64,000 nt of DNA from Eledone cirrhosa (lineage: Eukaryota), in NCBI GenBank assembly GCA_964016885.1, contig OZ024746.1, positions 78,492,001 through 78,556,000 on the forward strand, written 5' to 3'. Both the position numbers and the translations under genes were made by a program. Position 1 is the first letter of the stretch, and every line of letters begins with the position of its first letter. The notes below the pieces were generated by a model. The model was not told where the DNA came from. It searched no databases and saw only the letters and a program-made list of their open reading frames with translations. Shown in pieces: positions 39,776 through 54,821 of this stretch.

Positions 39776-41357
39776 CTCTACCACTCCACCAGCATCCCTT
39801 GGACCTTCTCAACATGTACTGGCGGGCGGTAGCACCCACTTTGGGAACCTCTGCTCTAAACCTTTCAGAATTCTTGTTTATTTTGATAATTAAAAGACAA
39901 AGGCCGTATACTCTTGTTAGAACTATAGTCAGAAAAGTGTTCAACACATGGTTAATAGTTGTATGACATAAATGTAGTTGTGGTGGTGGTCTGGTGGTGG
40001 TGGTGGTGGTGGTGGTGGTGGTGGCTGTTGTGTTGGTGGTGGTGGTGGTGGTGGTGGTGGTGGTTGTGGTGGTGGTCTGGTGGTGGAGGTGGTGGTAGTG
40101 GTTGTGTTGGGCAGACAAGATGACAAACTGCTGATATGTTGTATGGCAGACATGTTTGGCTCACGTACAGGCATGGGAACAGACAGACATTAAAATGATG
40201 ATGATGATGATGATGAAGAGGAGGAGGAGGAGGAGGATGACGACACTGGCGACGGCAACAATGGTGGCCACCACCGCTCCTATCGTCACCATCACCACCA
40301 TAAATCCAGCTGTAAAACATCAACCTTGATAAATCAAAATAAAATATCTAGATTTACAGATCTATATAACCCACTTTAGACTTATAATAGAAAGAGGATA
40401 TGAATAAAATAAACTTTCAAAAGTTTTCTTTTAATTATGAAAACAATTTTTTTCTTAAATTTAAGCAAGAAAAATTGTTTATGTTTCATATTTCATTTCC
40501 TGTAACCCCGTTGATCTTCATTATTGTTGTTGTTGTTCTTGTTATTATTATGTTATTTTTGTTAGGTCTGTTGTAGTTTCTCTTTTTGGTTAAAGATTAA
40601 AATGCAGGCAAGCCTGTGTGGTTGAAAATTAAGTTGCAGGGAAGCCTGTGTGGTTGAAAATTAAGTTGCAGGCAAAACTGTGTGGTTGAAAAGTATGTTG
40701 CAGGCAAGCCTGTGTGGTTGAAAAGTCACTGAAGGAATGACTGTGTGTTTCAAAGGTTTGCTTTTCAGATAGGAAATGTTTTCTGAACCCAAGGAGAAAA
40801 CATAAACACTTTGAATTCAGTTTTCATTGTTGTTGTTAATCATCATCATTTAATGTCCACTTTTCTATGCTGCCCTGACTTGGACAGGTCGCCACATATC
40901 AAGTGAGTACTTAATCAGAGCTACCGACTTCCCAGATGGGCCAGGGGCCAAATCTCGCTTACATATGTTCCAGTTTGGAAATGATTTCAACAGCTGCACA
41001 CCCTTCCTATCACCAACCATTATACAGTGTATTGTGTACATTTTATCATGGCACAAACACTCGAGAGGTTGTCATGGTTTAGCCCCAAGCAGACTCATGA
41101 TAACATTATCAAAAGTATGCTCCTTATTTTAAGAGAGCAGGTCTGATTTCAAGCAGGTTGAGCTACCCTGTAGAGGTTTCTTCTTTGGCTATAGTTGTGT
41201 GGTTGTTACAAAAATTCTTTAGATATTACAGGGCCAAACATTTTTAATATGTTTTAACTCTTTTGTTACCATATTCCTAATGGAAGACACTACCTATGTT
41301 TTTTTAAAAATAATTTTGAAAATAATCAAGAATTCAAAGGGATTTAGGGATGTAATT

Positions 41358-41535
41358 AGGGTGGTGGATTGACAAGTTGGTAGAGCACCGGGAAACATGC
41401 TTAGCATAGAATTATGACCCTTTACGTTCAAATCCTACTGAAGTAAGCTTAGCCTTTCATCCTTATGGGGTCGATTTAATCGACTTTCCCCTCCCCCAAA
41501 TTGCTGGCCTTGTGCTTAAAGTAAAAACAATTATT
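41358..41535 (+). mobile_element. SINE family A, older variant
   Basis: GTTCAAATCC B box, GCCTTTCATCCTTATGGGGTCGAT centre, family tail. Confidence 0.7.
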
Positions 41536-41848
41536 AAATTCATGTTTAAAGCATTAACTTAAAGGTTCTTACATAAAATTATGGTGGTTGGTTTGTAAAT
41601 GAATATAAATATTATAAACACTTTAAAAAGTAAACACATTGCTATCAGAGAAGCCAGTCCAGTTTCAAGTAGTTTGGTATGATAAAAAAAATAGGTTCTT
41701 TTAGCTGCTATGTGTAAAAGAAGGTTATACTACAAGAGAATTTCCATGATATTTCTATTGCATCTCATTTGGCATCATTGTGTTAATCAGCGATATTTAT
41801 TATCAGATTACTTATAATTTTATTAGTATATTTCTTCTCTTCATTATA

Positions 41849-42630
41849 TTGGCAGTATTACTAGAGCGTCAGACACCATGCTTTACGGCATAGAGTTATG
41901 GCCCTTTGCGTCCTGAGTTCAAATCCCATTGAGGTTAACTTTACCTTTCATCCTTATGGGGTCGATAAAATAAAGTACCAGTAATGCACTGGCATAATTG
42001 CTGCCCTTGTGCCAAAAGTAGAAACAATTATATTGGCAGTATCAGTAGAGCGTCAGAAACCATGCTTTACAGCATAGAGTTATGGCCCTTTGCGCTCTGA
42101 GTTCAAATCTCGCCGAGGTTAACTTTGCCTTTCATCCTTATGGGGGTCGATAAAATAATACCAGTAATGCACTGAGTACTGCTGGCCTTGTGCCAAAAGT
42201 AGAAACAATTATTATAAATAATAATCCTTTTAGGGCAGTGGAGAGCATCAGATAAAATGCTACGTTCTGAGTTCAAATCCCTCAAAGGTCAACTTTACCT
42301 TTTATCTTCCTGGGGTCGATAAAATAAAGTACCAGTTAAGTGCTGTGTTCAATACAATTGATTTCCCCTTCCCCCAGATTGCTGGCCTTGTGCCTATAGT
42401 CAAAATCATTATTATTATGGATTGGCAGTATCGGTAGAGGGTCGGACGCCATGCTTTGAAGCATAGAGTTACGTCCCTTTATGATCTGAGTTCAAATCCC
42501 GCCGAGGTTAACTTTGCCTTTCATCCTTACGGGGGTCGATAAAATAAAGTACCAGTAATGCACTGGGATAATTGCTGGCCTTGTGCCAAAAAGTAGAAAC
42601 AATTATTATTATTATTATTATTATTATAAT
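41849..42630 (+). mobile_element. Four head-to-tail family A SINEs
   Basis: Copies start near 41849, 42033, 42232 and 42418. Confidence 0.88.
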
Positions 42631-42870
42631 TAGGTGGTTGATTTGGCAGGGTCGTTAGAGCATTGGATATTTGTTTACCTTTCATCCTTTCTGTCGTTGA
42701 TAAAGATAGGTGCTGCCCTCTCTCTTTCCAACTGTCACACTCCAGCTGTCCTGCTGGATCAAGGGAGTGAGTGGGTGTCCGTGTCTGCCTGCAAAAGTAT
42801 GATCTCCTAAAACCCTGAGTGAAAGCATGGCAAATACCACCAAGTCATATTCGATTGACGACTGTAGTTT

Positions 42871-42904
<34 letters not shown>

Positions 42905-43894
42905 ACATCATTTATTTAAACATGCCCGTCTGTTATCTTTCCCAATTTCTTTCATCTATGAAAATATATTTTGATATCAACATGGGGGAATGAATATCTC
43001 TTCATAATGTTCTTGTTGTTACTTCTGCTATTCTCTTTGTTATTATTTTCATGCCCCTTCCTTCTTCCATCCACCCACACTTCCTATTCTCTGTGGCTTG
43101 CCAATTTTTATTTATTCATTTATTTATTTTTTCTGGCAAGGAAGCAGCCCCCCCTCAGTCTCCCACACAATATGTCTTCTAAGAGAATTTGTTTTTATTA
43201 TCTTTATTTTTTTTATTTGTGTGGATGAGGAGTAGTAGGAGGAGAGGGATGGTGCTGTTCCTGTCACACACACCATTACATGTAATAGACTGTGTCAAGA
43301 GTATTTAACTCTTACCATCCTATACCACATGAAACAACATTAGTGAGACATCCTTGAAAAGTACAAAACAACACTCTGAGTGAATCACATTACAAATAGG
43401 AGGATGTTTCTCCTGGTGTTGGTGCCACAATAAAATTCAATTGGTAGAGTGCAGAAACATATGTAAGCAAGATCCAGGCCCCCAGCCCATCTGAAAGACT
43501 AATGGATCTGCTTGAGTACTGACACAATCTCCAAAGACCTGTTCAACCCTTACTAGCAAGGAAGATGGACGATGATGATGATACCATTTCCTTGTCATTT
43601 TACATAGTTAAGCCAGTTTTGATAAGTTTTTAATCTGTGTTCCACATGTCAGATTGGTATAGTCAGAGTGCCAGATTAATCCTTTTGATAGCAACCTACC
43701 TGAAACCACCTTGGGTTCTATGACACAAAACTGGGTGTTTTAAAATGTTTATATTTTTCTAAAAAAAACTTCCGGAATAATCTTATGTAGGAAAAGTTAT
43801 GTACCAACTACCAGTTTAATAATGAGCAAGTTATGTTACTAAATCCCTCCAAATTCTTGATTATTTTCAAAATTAATTGAAAATCATAGAAATA

Positions 43895-44106
43895 TGGTTA
43901 GAATGTCTCAAGAAGGAATTGCTGGACAGATTTTACAGGCAAAACCAACCAGCAGGAGATCCAAGGGTAGACCCGAAGCAAGATGGTTGGATAACATCCA
44001 TGACCTTGGCTGGTTTTGCTTAGGGATCCAGCTGGATCAGTTGGAGGCAGTTGCTTCTGACAGAAGCTACTGAAAGAAGTGTTTGAGGACCCTGCCCCCA
44101 TGACCC
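43895..44106 (+). mobile_element. Degenerate RTE (Expander/Rex3-like) LINE C-terminal fragment
   Basis: ILQAKPTSRRSKGRPEARWLDNIHDLGWFCLGIQLDQLEAVASDRSY*KKCLRTLPP*P. Confidence 0.75.
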
Positions 44107-44299
44107 TTTATTATCTCACCTCTTTCTATTCAAACCGACTGTAACTGGCCACTCATACTGATGTTAAGGTATTTTTCTCAAAATAAATAATATCAAAATT
44201 TCATAGATTTGATATTATGCAAGATAATTATGTGAGATAACGTCTTTACCACGAAAATACAATAGTATATGTAGAGTAATATAAATGCTAAAGGGTTAA
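44104..44299. mobile_element. MITE M1 (reverse orientation, internal deletion at left end)
   Basis: Ends TAAATGCTAAAGGG-TTAA; body aligns with the 26714 copy. Confidence 0.78.
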
Positions 44300-44645
44300 A
44301 CACATGCGCTTGGCTTAAAATAATTTTGGCTATTAGAACGATCAGAACAAAACAATATATTCATAAATATTGATCAACCTTTGATGAAAAGTCAAGTTGA
44401 CCATAACTGGATTTGAAATGGGAGTAGAAAGAACCAAAATAAATACCACAGAGCATACTGATGTTCTAATGACTCTGCCAATCCATTGCTATAAGCTTCT
44501 CATTATATTTCCATCCATGTTTTTAGTTCAATGTTATGTAATTAGCATTACTCTATTATATGTTCTGGCTGACAGGCTGTGGCCATGTTGTACTTTAAAA
44601 AAAATCTTTTATCATATTTATTATTGACACTTCCGTCTCTTCTAG

Positions 44646-44726
44646 ATACATCCGTGCTCAAAAGTGCAATGAGAGATTGTCTCTAACTGGTGACAGCAGC
44701 CTAAAGAAAACTAACAGAGATGTTTG
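44646..44726 (+). CDS. SMG5: SMG5 internal exon, PIN domain ((R)YIRAQKCNERLSLTGDSSLKKTNRDV(W))
   Basis: Acceptor ctcttctAG, donor GTaagt at 44727; 81 nt, phase 2/2, in frame with previous exon; matches SMG5 RYIRCQKE...KLKRQDADAW. Confidence 0.88.
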
Positions 44727-45687
44727 GTAAGTTTTTTGGGTTTTTTTCAAACTTTATTTTCATTTATATTGCCATTTGGTTTGCATTAAAAATTGTTTCG
44801 TTGTTGTTATTGTTATTGTTTGCAATGAACAGATGTACTTGTACTTGTGTTGGCATTCATCAAGGTGAGTTTCAGCCAGTTCCAACCAGTGCATCCACAG
44901 CAAGATAATCACAAACATCTGACATAGATATTGTCACAATTCTGATGACAAACAACATATATGTGAGGACCAGATATTAGCTCAAGATCTGACTTGATTG
45001 TGTCAATTCATCTTTTCAGCTGTCTACCTCAATGTTTATGCCATCCCAGGAAGAGTTCTGGCATGACTGCATAATGGATAAATTCACCTCCTGGGCGGGA
45101 GAGTGTGACTAAACCAATGAAGGCACCTTTTGAGCAAATACCTGTAATAAAGCTTTTGAAAGAACTGCAATATTTCTATGTTTTAATGGGACAGGGGGAG
45201 GATGAAATATTATTGAGTTATGGATCTTTTGAGTATCCACCCTACTTGGTTTGTGTTGGAAATGATACAGTATTGCTTTTGGACATTTGCATATATGTTT
45301 TTATTTTGTTTCTGTTCATTTACTTGCATAATGAAATAGCTTCTTCGGAGTAGCAGTCACAGCTTATATGCTTTTAAAATTTTATGAGAAAATTATTTAG
45401 GAAATTGTGAAAATATAAAACACAGACTGTAAAAAAAGGACAAACAAAGATGTATAAAATGGTGACAATTAGACAAACATATGCAATTACAAATACAAAT
45501 ACAGACATTAACAGCTTTGAAAATACACAGAGAAACACAAACGAACACATTTGTAATGTAAACACAGATGCTGGCAATAGTTAATATTTGCATAGTGCAA
45601 ACAATAGCAAAAATAGCTTTGCCAATATCATTGAGCCACAGAGAAATTTTAAACATGGGACAGCCTCCCACTTTCATACCAAATAAT

Positions 45688-46112
45688 GATAATTGTTTCT
45701 ACTTTAGGCACAAGGCCAGCAATTACCCAGTACATTACTGGTACTACTTTAGGCACAAGGCCAGCAAGGGGATGGGGAAAGTTGATTAAATCGACCCCAG
45801 TGCATTACTGGTGCTTTATTTTATTGACTTCATAAGAATGAAAGGCAAAGTTAACCTCGGTGGGGGTTTGAACTCAGAACGTAATGGGCCGTAACTCTAT
45901 GCCACAAAGAATACTGTCAATCCACCATCCTAAGAATAATGATAATAATAATTGTTTCTACTTTTGGCACAAGGCCAGCAATTACCCAGTACATTACTGG
46001 TACTTTATTTTATCGACCCCGTGAGGATGAAAGGCAAAGTTAACCTCGGCGGGATTTGAACTGAGATCTAAAGGGACGTAACTATGTCCGACCCTCTACC
46101 GATACTGCCAAA
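45688..46112 (-). mobile_element. Two tandem family A SINEs
   Basis: Reverse-complement copies at 45688-45935 and 45945-46112. Confidence 0.83.
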
Positions 46113-46215
46113 TTAATAATAATGATGGTTTTATTAACGAAAGAGTAAAGTAACATTACCCCCACCTCTCTCTCTCTCCAATGTTCCTTTTTACACTTTC
46201 TATCACTTTGCCCCC

Positions 46216-46246
<31 letters not shown>

Positions 46247-46337
46247 ACACCATTCACTCTCTCTTTATGTTTATCTATTTGTTTGCTTCTTTCTTTTTAT
46301 CTGATACATCAATATATCATTTGCTATTTCTACCTCT

Positions 46338-49145
46338 TACACACATTTAAATCATAGCTTGATAGATACACACACAGACACACATTTAAATCATAGCTTG
46401 ATAGATACACACACAGACACACATTTAAATCATAGCTTGGTAGATACACACACAGACACACATTTAAATCATAGCTTGGTAGATACACACACAGACACAC
46501 ATTTAAATCATACCTTGGTAGATACACACACAGACACACATTTAAATCATAGCTTGATAGATACACACACAGACACACATTTAAATCATAGCTTGGTAGA
46601 TACACACACAGACACACATTTAAATCATACCTTGGTAGATACACACACAGACACACATTTAAATCATAGGTTGATAGATACACACACAGACACACATTTA
46701 AATCATACCTTGATAGATACACACACAGACACACATTTAAATCATAGCTTGATAGATACACACACAGACACACATTTAAATCATAGCTTGGTAGATACAC
46801 ATACAGACACATTTAAATCATACCTTGGTAGATTCACACACAGACACACGTTTAAATCATAGCTTGGTAGATACACACACAGACACACATTTAAATCATA
46901 GCTTGGTAGATACACATACAGACACACATTTAAATCATACCTTGGTAGATACACACACATACACACATTTAAATCATACCTTGGTAGATACACACACATA
47001 CACATTTAAATCATAGCTTGGTAGATACACACACAGACACATTTAAATCATACCTTGATAGATACACACACAGACACACATAGCTTGGTAGATACACACA
47101 CAGACACACATTTAAATCATAGCTTGGTAGATACACACACAGACACACATTTAAATCATACCTTGATAGATACACACACAGACACACATTTAAATCATAG
47201 GTTGATAGATACACACACAGACACACATTTAAATCATAGCTCGGTAGATACACACACAGACACACATTTAAATCATACCTTGGTAGATACACACACAGAC
47301 ACACATTTAAATCATACCATGATAGATACACACACAGACACACATTTAAATCATAGCTTGGTAGATACACACACATACACACATTTAAATCATACCTTGG
47401 TAGATACACACACAGACACACATTTAAATCATACCTTGATAGATACACACACAGACACATTTAAATCATAGCTTGATAGATACACACACAGACACACATT
47501 TAAATCATAGCTTGGTAGATACACACACAGACACACATTTAAATCATAGCTTGGTAGATACACACACAGACACACATTTAAATCATAGCTTGGTAGATAC
47601 ACACACAGACACACATTTAAATCATAGGTTGATAGATACACACACAGACACACATTTAAATCATAGCTTGGTAGATACACACACAGACACACATTTAAAT
47701 CATAGCATGATAGATACACACACAGACACACATTTAAATCATACCTTGATAGATACACACACAGACACACATTTAAATCATAGCTTGATAGATACACACA
47801 CAGACACACATTTAAATCATAGCTTGATAGATACACACACAGACACACATTTAAATCATACCTTGATAGATACACACACAGACACACATTTAAATCATAC
47901 CTTGGTAGATACACACACAGACACACATTTAAATCATACCTTGATAGATACACACACAGACACACATTTAAATCATAGCTTGGTAGATACACACACAGAC
48001 ACACATTTAAATCATACCTTGGTAGATACACACACAGACACACATTTAAATCATAGGTTGATAGATACACACACAGACACACATTTAAATCATAGCTTGA
48101 TAGATACACACACAGACACACATTTAAATCATACCTTGATAGATACACACACAGACACACATTTAAATCATAGCTTGATAGATACACACACAGACACACA
48201 TTTAAATCATAGCTTGGTAGATACACATACAGACACATTTAAATCATACCTTGGTAGATTCACACACAGACACACGTTTAAATCATAGCTTGGTAGATAC
48301 ACACACAGACACACATTTAAATCATAGCTTGGTAGATACACATACAGACACACATTTAAATCATACCTTGATAGATACACACACAGACACACATTTAAAT
48401 CATACCTTGGTAGATACACACACAGACACACATTTAAATCATACCTTGGTAGATACACACACAGACACACATTTAAATCATACCTTGGTAGATACACACA
48501 CAGACACACATTTAAATCATACCTTGGTAGATACACACACAGACACATTTAAATCATACCTTGATAGATACACACACAGACACACATAGCTTGGTAGATA
48601 CACACACAGACACACATTTAAATCATAGCTTGGTAGATTCACACACAGACACACATTTAAATCATACCTTGATAGATACACACACAGACACACATTTAAA
48701 TCATAGGTTGATAGATACACACACAGACACACATTTAAATCATAGCTCGGTAGATACACACACAGACACACATTTAAATCATACCTTGGTAGATACACAC
48801 ACAGACACACATTTAAATCATACCATGATAGATACACACACAGACACACATTTAAATCATAGCTTGGTAGATACACACACATACACACATTTAAATCATA
48901 CCTTGGTAGATACACACACAGACACACATTTAAATCATACCTTGATAGATACACACACAGACACATTTAAATTATACCATGATAGATACACACACAGACA
49001 CACATTTAAATCATAGCATGATAGATACACACACAGACACACATTTAAATCATAGCTTGGTAGATACACACACAGACACACATTTAAATCATACCTTGGT
49101 AGATACACACACAGACACATTTAAATCATAGCTCGATAGATACAT
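46338..49145. repeat. 39-bp satellite (CACACATTTAAATCATAGCTTGGTAGATACACACACAGA), about 72 copies
   Basis: 13-residue periodicity in the ORF track; no spacers. Confidence 0.96.
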
Positions 49146-49789
49146 ATACAGTGTGTTATCAAAGGAGCAATTGAAAGAAGCCCATGCTAATGTGTAGGTT
49201 GATACAATTCCCATCAGCTGGAGCAGCTTATATCTATGCCTGGTCAGAGGCAATGTTTTATGGATAGATGCCATTCTTGGCATGGATCTTTGATCTCTTC
49301 AGATGCCTCTTACAACAGGCAAGGATTGAGTGTACCTATTCTATACAAATTGAAAAATTTAAATATAAACTCTTGATAACTATGCTTCATTTATTGAATA
49401 AACAAGTAAACAATTTTCCATAGTTTAAATTATTTAATCCTTTCATTACCATATTTCTAATAAAAGAGACTGCCTATGGTTTTCAAATAATTTTGAAAAT
49501 AATCATTATTTGTATGGTATTTGGAACATAACTTAACAAAGTTTCTTACATAGTGTTGACAATCTCACCGAGTGTATACTGTAAAGTGGTTGGTGATAGG
49601 AAGGGCATTTGGACATAGAAAGTTTGCCAAACAAATGGTTGGAAGGGCCCTTAAGTTTTGTCAAAGACATGACAACCTGTCTAGTGTTGGTGATCTTCAC
49701 AATAAATACATCTAGTACACAGTGTAAAGTGGTTAGTCATAGAATGAGTAACCAACTGTAGAAAGCTTGCCAAACAAGCTTTCTACAGA

Positions 49790-49945
49790 CTTTACCTCTC
49801 ATAATTATCTCACATAATATCGTATCTATAAGATTTTGTTATTATTTACCTTAACATCAGTATGAGTGGCCAGTTACAGCTGGTTTGAACAGAAAGAGGT
49901 GAGAGAATTCTAGCCAGATACAACCAGTTTAAATGCTAAAGTGTT
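49790..49945. mobile_element. MITE M1 fragment (forward orientation)
   Basis: Aligns with 665-831. Confidence 0.7.
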
Positions 49946-50764
49946 ACAGCAGACAGTTTGTATCATAGAATAAGATGTGGTTTTAGGCAGTTTGATAGTT
50001 AAAATGTTATATTTATAGGTTAAAATATATAAACAGCTTTTTATTTATTTTTTATAAAAAAAATGTTTCATTTATTAATTACAAATTAGAACTTTTAGTG
50101 TTCAGTTCAGTTATTTAGCCTTACAGTAACATCACTGGCTTTCGTGGTCTGCCCCCCCCCCTCTCCATCTCCTCCTATATATCTTTTCCTTCCAGTCCAG
50201 ATCTCGTTTTTATACTATTGCTAATTAGCATGTAGTAATGCTTAATAATACCTTAGAGAAATAGATAGATAGATAGATAGATAGATAGAGGGGGAGAGAG
50301 AGAGATAGAGAGTGAGAGAGAGGTAACTTGACACTACATGGTTGAATGACTGTGTGATATTAACTCCACACCCCCATATTCCACCCCCCACCCACATTCC
50401 CTTGCTCTCCCACCAACCCCCTCCCCCTATTAATATCTTGCCTATGAAACTTTTATTTGTTTCAAAAGTTAAGGGTTGCTATGAGACACTTCACATTCTT
50501 ACTGAGTGAAGAAGATAGATATCATTAATGTTTAAATAATAAAATAAAATACTTTAAAAAAAACAACAGAGATATCTAATAAAAAAAATATATAGGTGGG
50601 GGGTGAGGGTGGGGGTGAGGGCGTGCAAGAAAGGAAGGAAGATAAGAAAAGAAAATACAACAGTTACAAGGCAAACCAACAATAATGTTTATTTTACATT
50701 AGACTTGGGTGTTGTTGTTCAGGTTGTTGTTGTTGTGGTCGTCATTAAGTAGAAACTGATCATA

Positions 50765-51570
50765 GTCTCTCATGATTCTCTCTCTCTCTCATTCTCTCTC
50801 TCTCTCTCTCATTCTATCTCTCTCTCTCTCATTCTATCTCTCTCCCTTTCTCATTCTCTCTATCTACCTCTCTCATTCTCTCTCTCATTCTTTCTCTCTC
50901 TCTCTCTCATTCTTTTTCTCTCTCTCCCTCTTTCTCTCTCTTTCTCTTTCTCTCTATCTATCTCTCTCATTCTTTTTCTGTCTTTCTTTCTCATTCTCTC
51001 TATCTATCTATCTCATTCTTTTTCTGTCTCTCCCTCTCTCTCTCTTTCTCATTCTCTCTCTTTCTCTTTCGATCCTCTTTCTTCAGTCTTCCTCTCCTCA
51101 CATATCTCCTCCTCCCCTTTTCTCTTCTTCTCTCCTCCTATCTCCTCCCCTGTCTCTCCTCTCTCCTCCTATCTCCTCCCCTGTCTCTCCTCTCTCCTAC
51201 TCTCTCCTCCTATCTCCTCCCCTGTCTCTCCTCTCTCCTACTCTCTCCTCCCCTGTCTCTCCTCTCTCCCACTCTCTCCCTCCCCCTTTCTCTCCTCTGT
51301 CCTACTCTCTCTTGCTTCTTTCTCTCCACTCTCTTCTTGTTTTTTTTTCTTTCTTCCTCATTTCCCCCCTCTCTTTCCCTTTTCCTCTATCCTTTTCTCT
51401 TTCTAGTTCCTCTTTTTCTCCTTCCTCTCCTCTTTCTTCCCTTTCTCTTCTTTTCCTCCTCTCTCTCTCTTTTTCCCTCTCTCTCCTCTTCTCTCCTCCT
51501 CCCCTCTTCTCTCTTATCGTCCTCTCTCTCCCCCTCATCTCCCCTCTCCTTTCTCCCACTGTTACCCCTC
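50765..51570. repeat. CT-rich low-complexity tract
   Basis: Direct reading. Confidence 0.9.
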
Positions 51571-51769
51571 CAGCCCCAGACCAGTGCTAACCTTACAATA
51601 GATGTCACAACAGTCATTGATGAAGGAACTGTTGAGAAAAATATCAAATATCAAATAAAATAAAATAAAATTCCAATGCTGTTTAGTTGCTTTATCATTA
51701 AGACTCTTTTGATACGTGGAGAATGTTATGATTGAAAATATTTCCGCTGCTTTGTATCAATACTGCCTC

Positions 51770-53535
51770 CGCCATCACCACCATCACCATCACCACCACA
51801 TTCACCACCATCACCACCATCACCACCAACACCACCAACACCACCACCACATTCTCCACCATCACCACCATCACCACCAACACCACCACCACATTCTCCA
51901 CCACCATCACCACTATATTCACCACCATCACCACCAACACCACATTCTCCACCACCATCACCACTATATTCACCACCATCACCACCACCATCACCACCAA
52001 CACCACCACCATCACCACCACCATCACCACCAACACCACCACCATCACCACCAACACCACCACCATCACGACCACCACCACCACCACATTCTCCACCACC
52101 ATCACCACTATATTCACCACCATCACCACCAACACCACATTCTCCACCACCATCACCACTATATTCACCACCACCACATTCTCCACCACCATCACCACTA
52201 TATTCACCACCATCACCACCAACACCACCACCATCACCACCAACACCACCACCATCACGACCAACACCACCACCACATTCTCCACCACCATCACCACTAT
52301 ATTCACCACCATCACCACCAACACCACCACCACATTCTCCACCATCACCACTATATTCACCACCATCACCACCAACACCACCACCACATTCTCCACCACC
52401 ATCACCACTATATTCACCACCATCACCACCAACACCACCACCATCACCACCAACACCACCACCATCACCACCACCATCACGACCAACACCACCACCACAT
52501 TCTCCACCACCATCACCACTATATTCACCACCATCACCACCAACACCACCACCACATTCTCCACCATCACCACTATATTCACCACCATCACCACAACTAG
52601 CAACAACAACAACACTAGCACCAACCACAACAACATTGCCAAGAGCACCAACAACACCAACACCAACAACATCAACATCACCACCACCACAACTAGCAAC
52701 TAGCAACAATATCAACACTAGTACCAACCACAACACCACCAATAACCATGCCAACAACAACACCAGCAACAATGTCACCACCACCACCACATTCACCCAA
52801 CCACCACTACCACCACCACCCCCATTCATCACCACCACCACCACCACCACCACCACCACATTCACCACCACCACCACCACCACATTCATCACCACCATCA
52901 CCATCACCACTACCACCACATTCATCATCACCATCATCACCACCACCACCCCATTCATCATCACCACCAAATTCACCACCACCACCACATTCACCCAACC
53001 ACCACTACCACCACCACCCCCATTCATCACCACCACCACCACCACCACCACCACCACATTCACCACCACCACCACCACCACATTCATCACCACCATCACC
53101 ATCACCACCACCACCACATTCATCACCACCATCACCACCACCACCACCACCACATTCATCACCACCATCACCACCACCACCACCACCACCACCACAACCA
53201 CCACCACATTCACTACCACCACCACCACTACCACCACTACCAATGCTACCAGTATCACTACCAATGCCACCACTACCACCACTACCAATGCCACTACTAC
53301 CACCAGTATCACTACCACTACCACTACCACCATCACCATCAACACCACCACCAACAACAACACCACTACTACCACCACCACTGACACCACCACCACCACC
53401 AACAACAACAACACCACCACTAACACCATCACCACCAACACCAACACCACCACCAACAACACCACCACTGACACCACCACCACCACCAACACCACCACCA
53501 TCACCACCAACACCACCACCATCACCACCAACACC
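51770..53535. repeat. (CAC/CAT/CAA)n compound trinucleotide repeat
   Basis: Direct reading; explains poly-H/T/P/V/G ORFs. Confidence 0.92.
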
Positions 53536-54536
53536 AGGGCAAGAATTGTTAATTGCTTCCTCCACCAAATTCATGCTATTAATTTCTCAGTAGTACAAAC
53601 ATGTAACGCTATGTTTTCATTTAGGCTTTATATTATTGCCTTTCTTAATTAAAGACTGATTAGAAAAAGACCAGAGGCTTTTCACGCGAGTTTTATATAT
53701 TTTATTTTTTATGGTAGAACATTGGACATTGCCTTTTCTTGCTGCTGTTGTTGTTATGGTCATTTTATTTATTTTGAATATTTTTATATTTCATTCAATT
53801 TTTTTGTTTATTTTATTTTTTTAATGGTGGAATATTGGGCTTCTTTTTTTTTTGTTCTGTTATTATATATTTATTTTATTTTATTTATGTGTTTTCTGTT
53901 TTTATTTTATGCTATTTTATTTTATATTATTTTATTTTATTTTATTTTTATTTTTTTTCTCGTTGGTGATTATTTACGTTTTTTTTTTGTTGCTTTTTTT
54001 TCACCCCTCCCCTCCCTCTCTCTCCCTTTCTCCTCCCTCTCTTTTGTTTTCTTTAAGGGATGACAGTTTGTGTGTTTGTATATGTGTGCATGTGTTTGTA
54101 CATGTTAATGTATGTATGTGTGTTTGTGACTGTGTGTATGCATGTTGATGAATGTATGTATGTGCATGTATGCATTTATGTAATTTTAGTGTGTGATTGT
54201 GCGTGTATATGTTTGCATGTTTCAGTGTGTTTGTGTGTGAGTTTATGTGGTGGTGGTGTTGTTGTTGGTGTCGGTGGGGCTGACTTGAGATGTGTTGTAC
54301 AATGCCATTTGCAATTCTTTAATTTTTCATTAATTATAATAGCTGTATCAATTTCTCTGCTTGAGAAAAGTAATTACTCTCTTAGCTTGCTGGTGTTGTT
54401 TATAATGGTTCCTGTTCTGGAATATCTTCTACCTACCCACCCACCTACATATCCTACATACCTGCCAAGCTACCTACCTTCTTACCTACATGACAGCCTA
54501 TTTGTTAATCTATCTATCTGTCTGTCTGTCTGCCTG

Positions 54537-54599
<63 letters not shown>

Positions 54600-54604
54600 G
54601 TGTG

Positions 54605-54659
<55 letters not shown>

Positions 54660-54672
54660 GTCTATCTGTGTG

Positions 54673-54707
<35 letters not shown>

Positions 54708-54784
54708 GTCTGTGTGTCTATCAATCCAAACCAAAACAAGGGAACGGACAAAGATGATGTTTTTGAAGCCTTCACCCATTCCTA

Positions 54785-54821
<37 letters not shown>

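Noticed and set aside
46338-49145. CRISPR-like 39-bp periodicity
   Set aside because: No unique spacers, no cas genes, eukaryotic intron.
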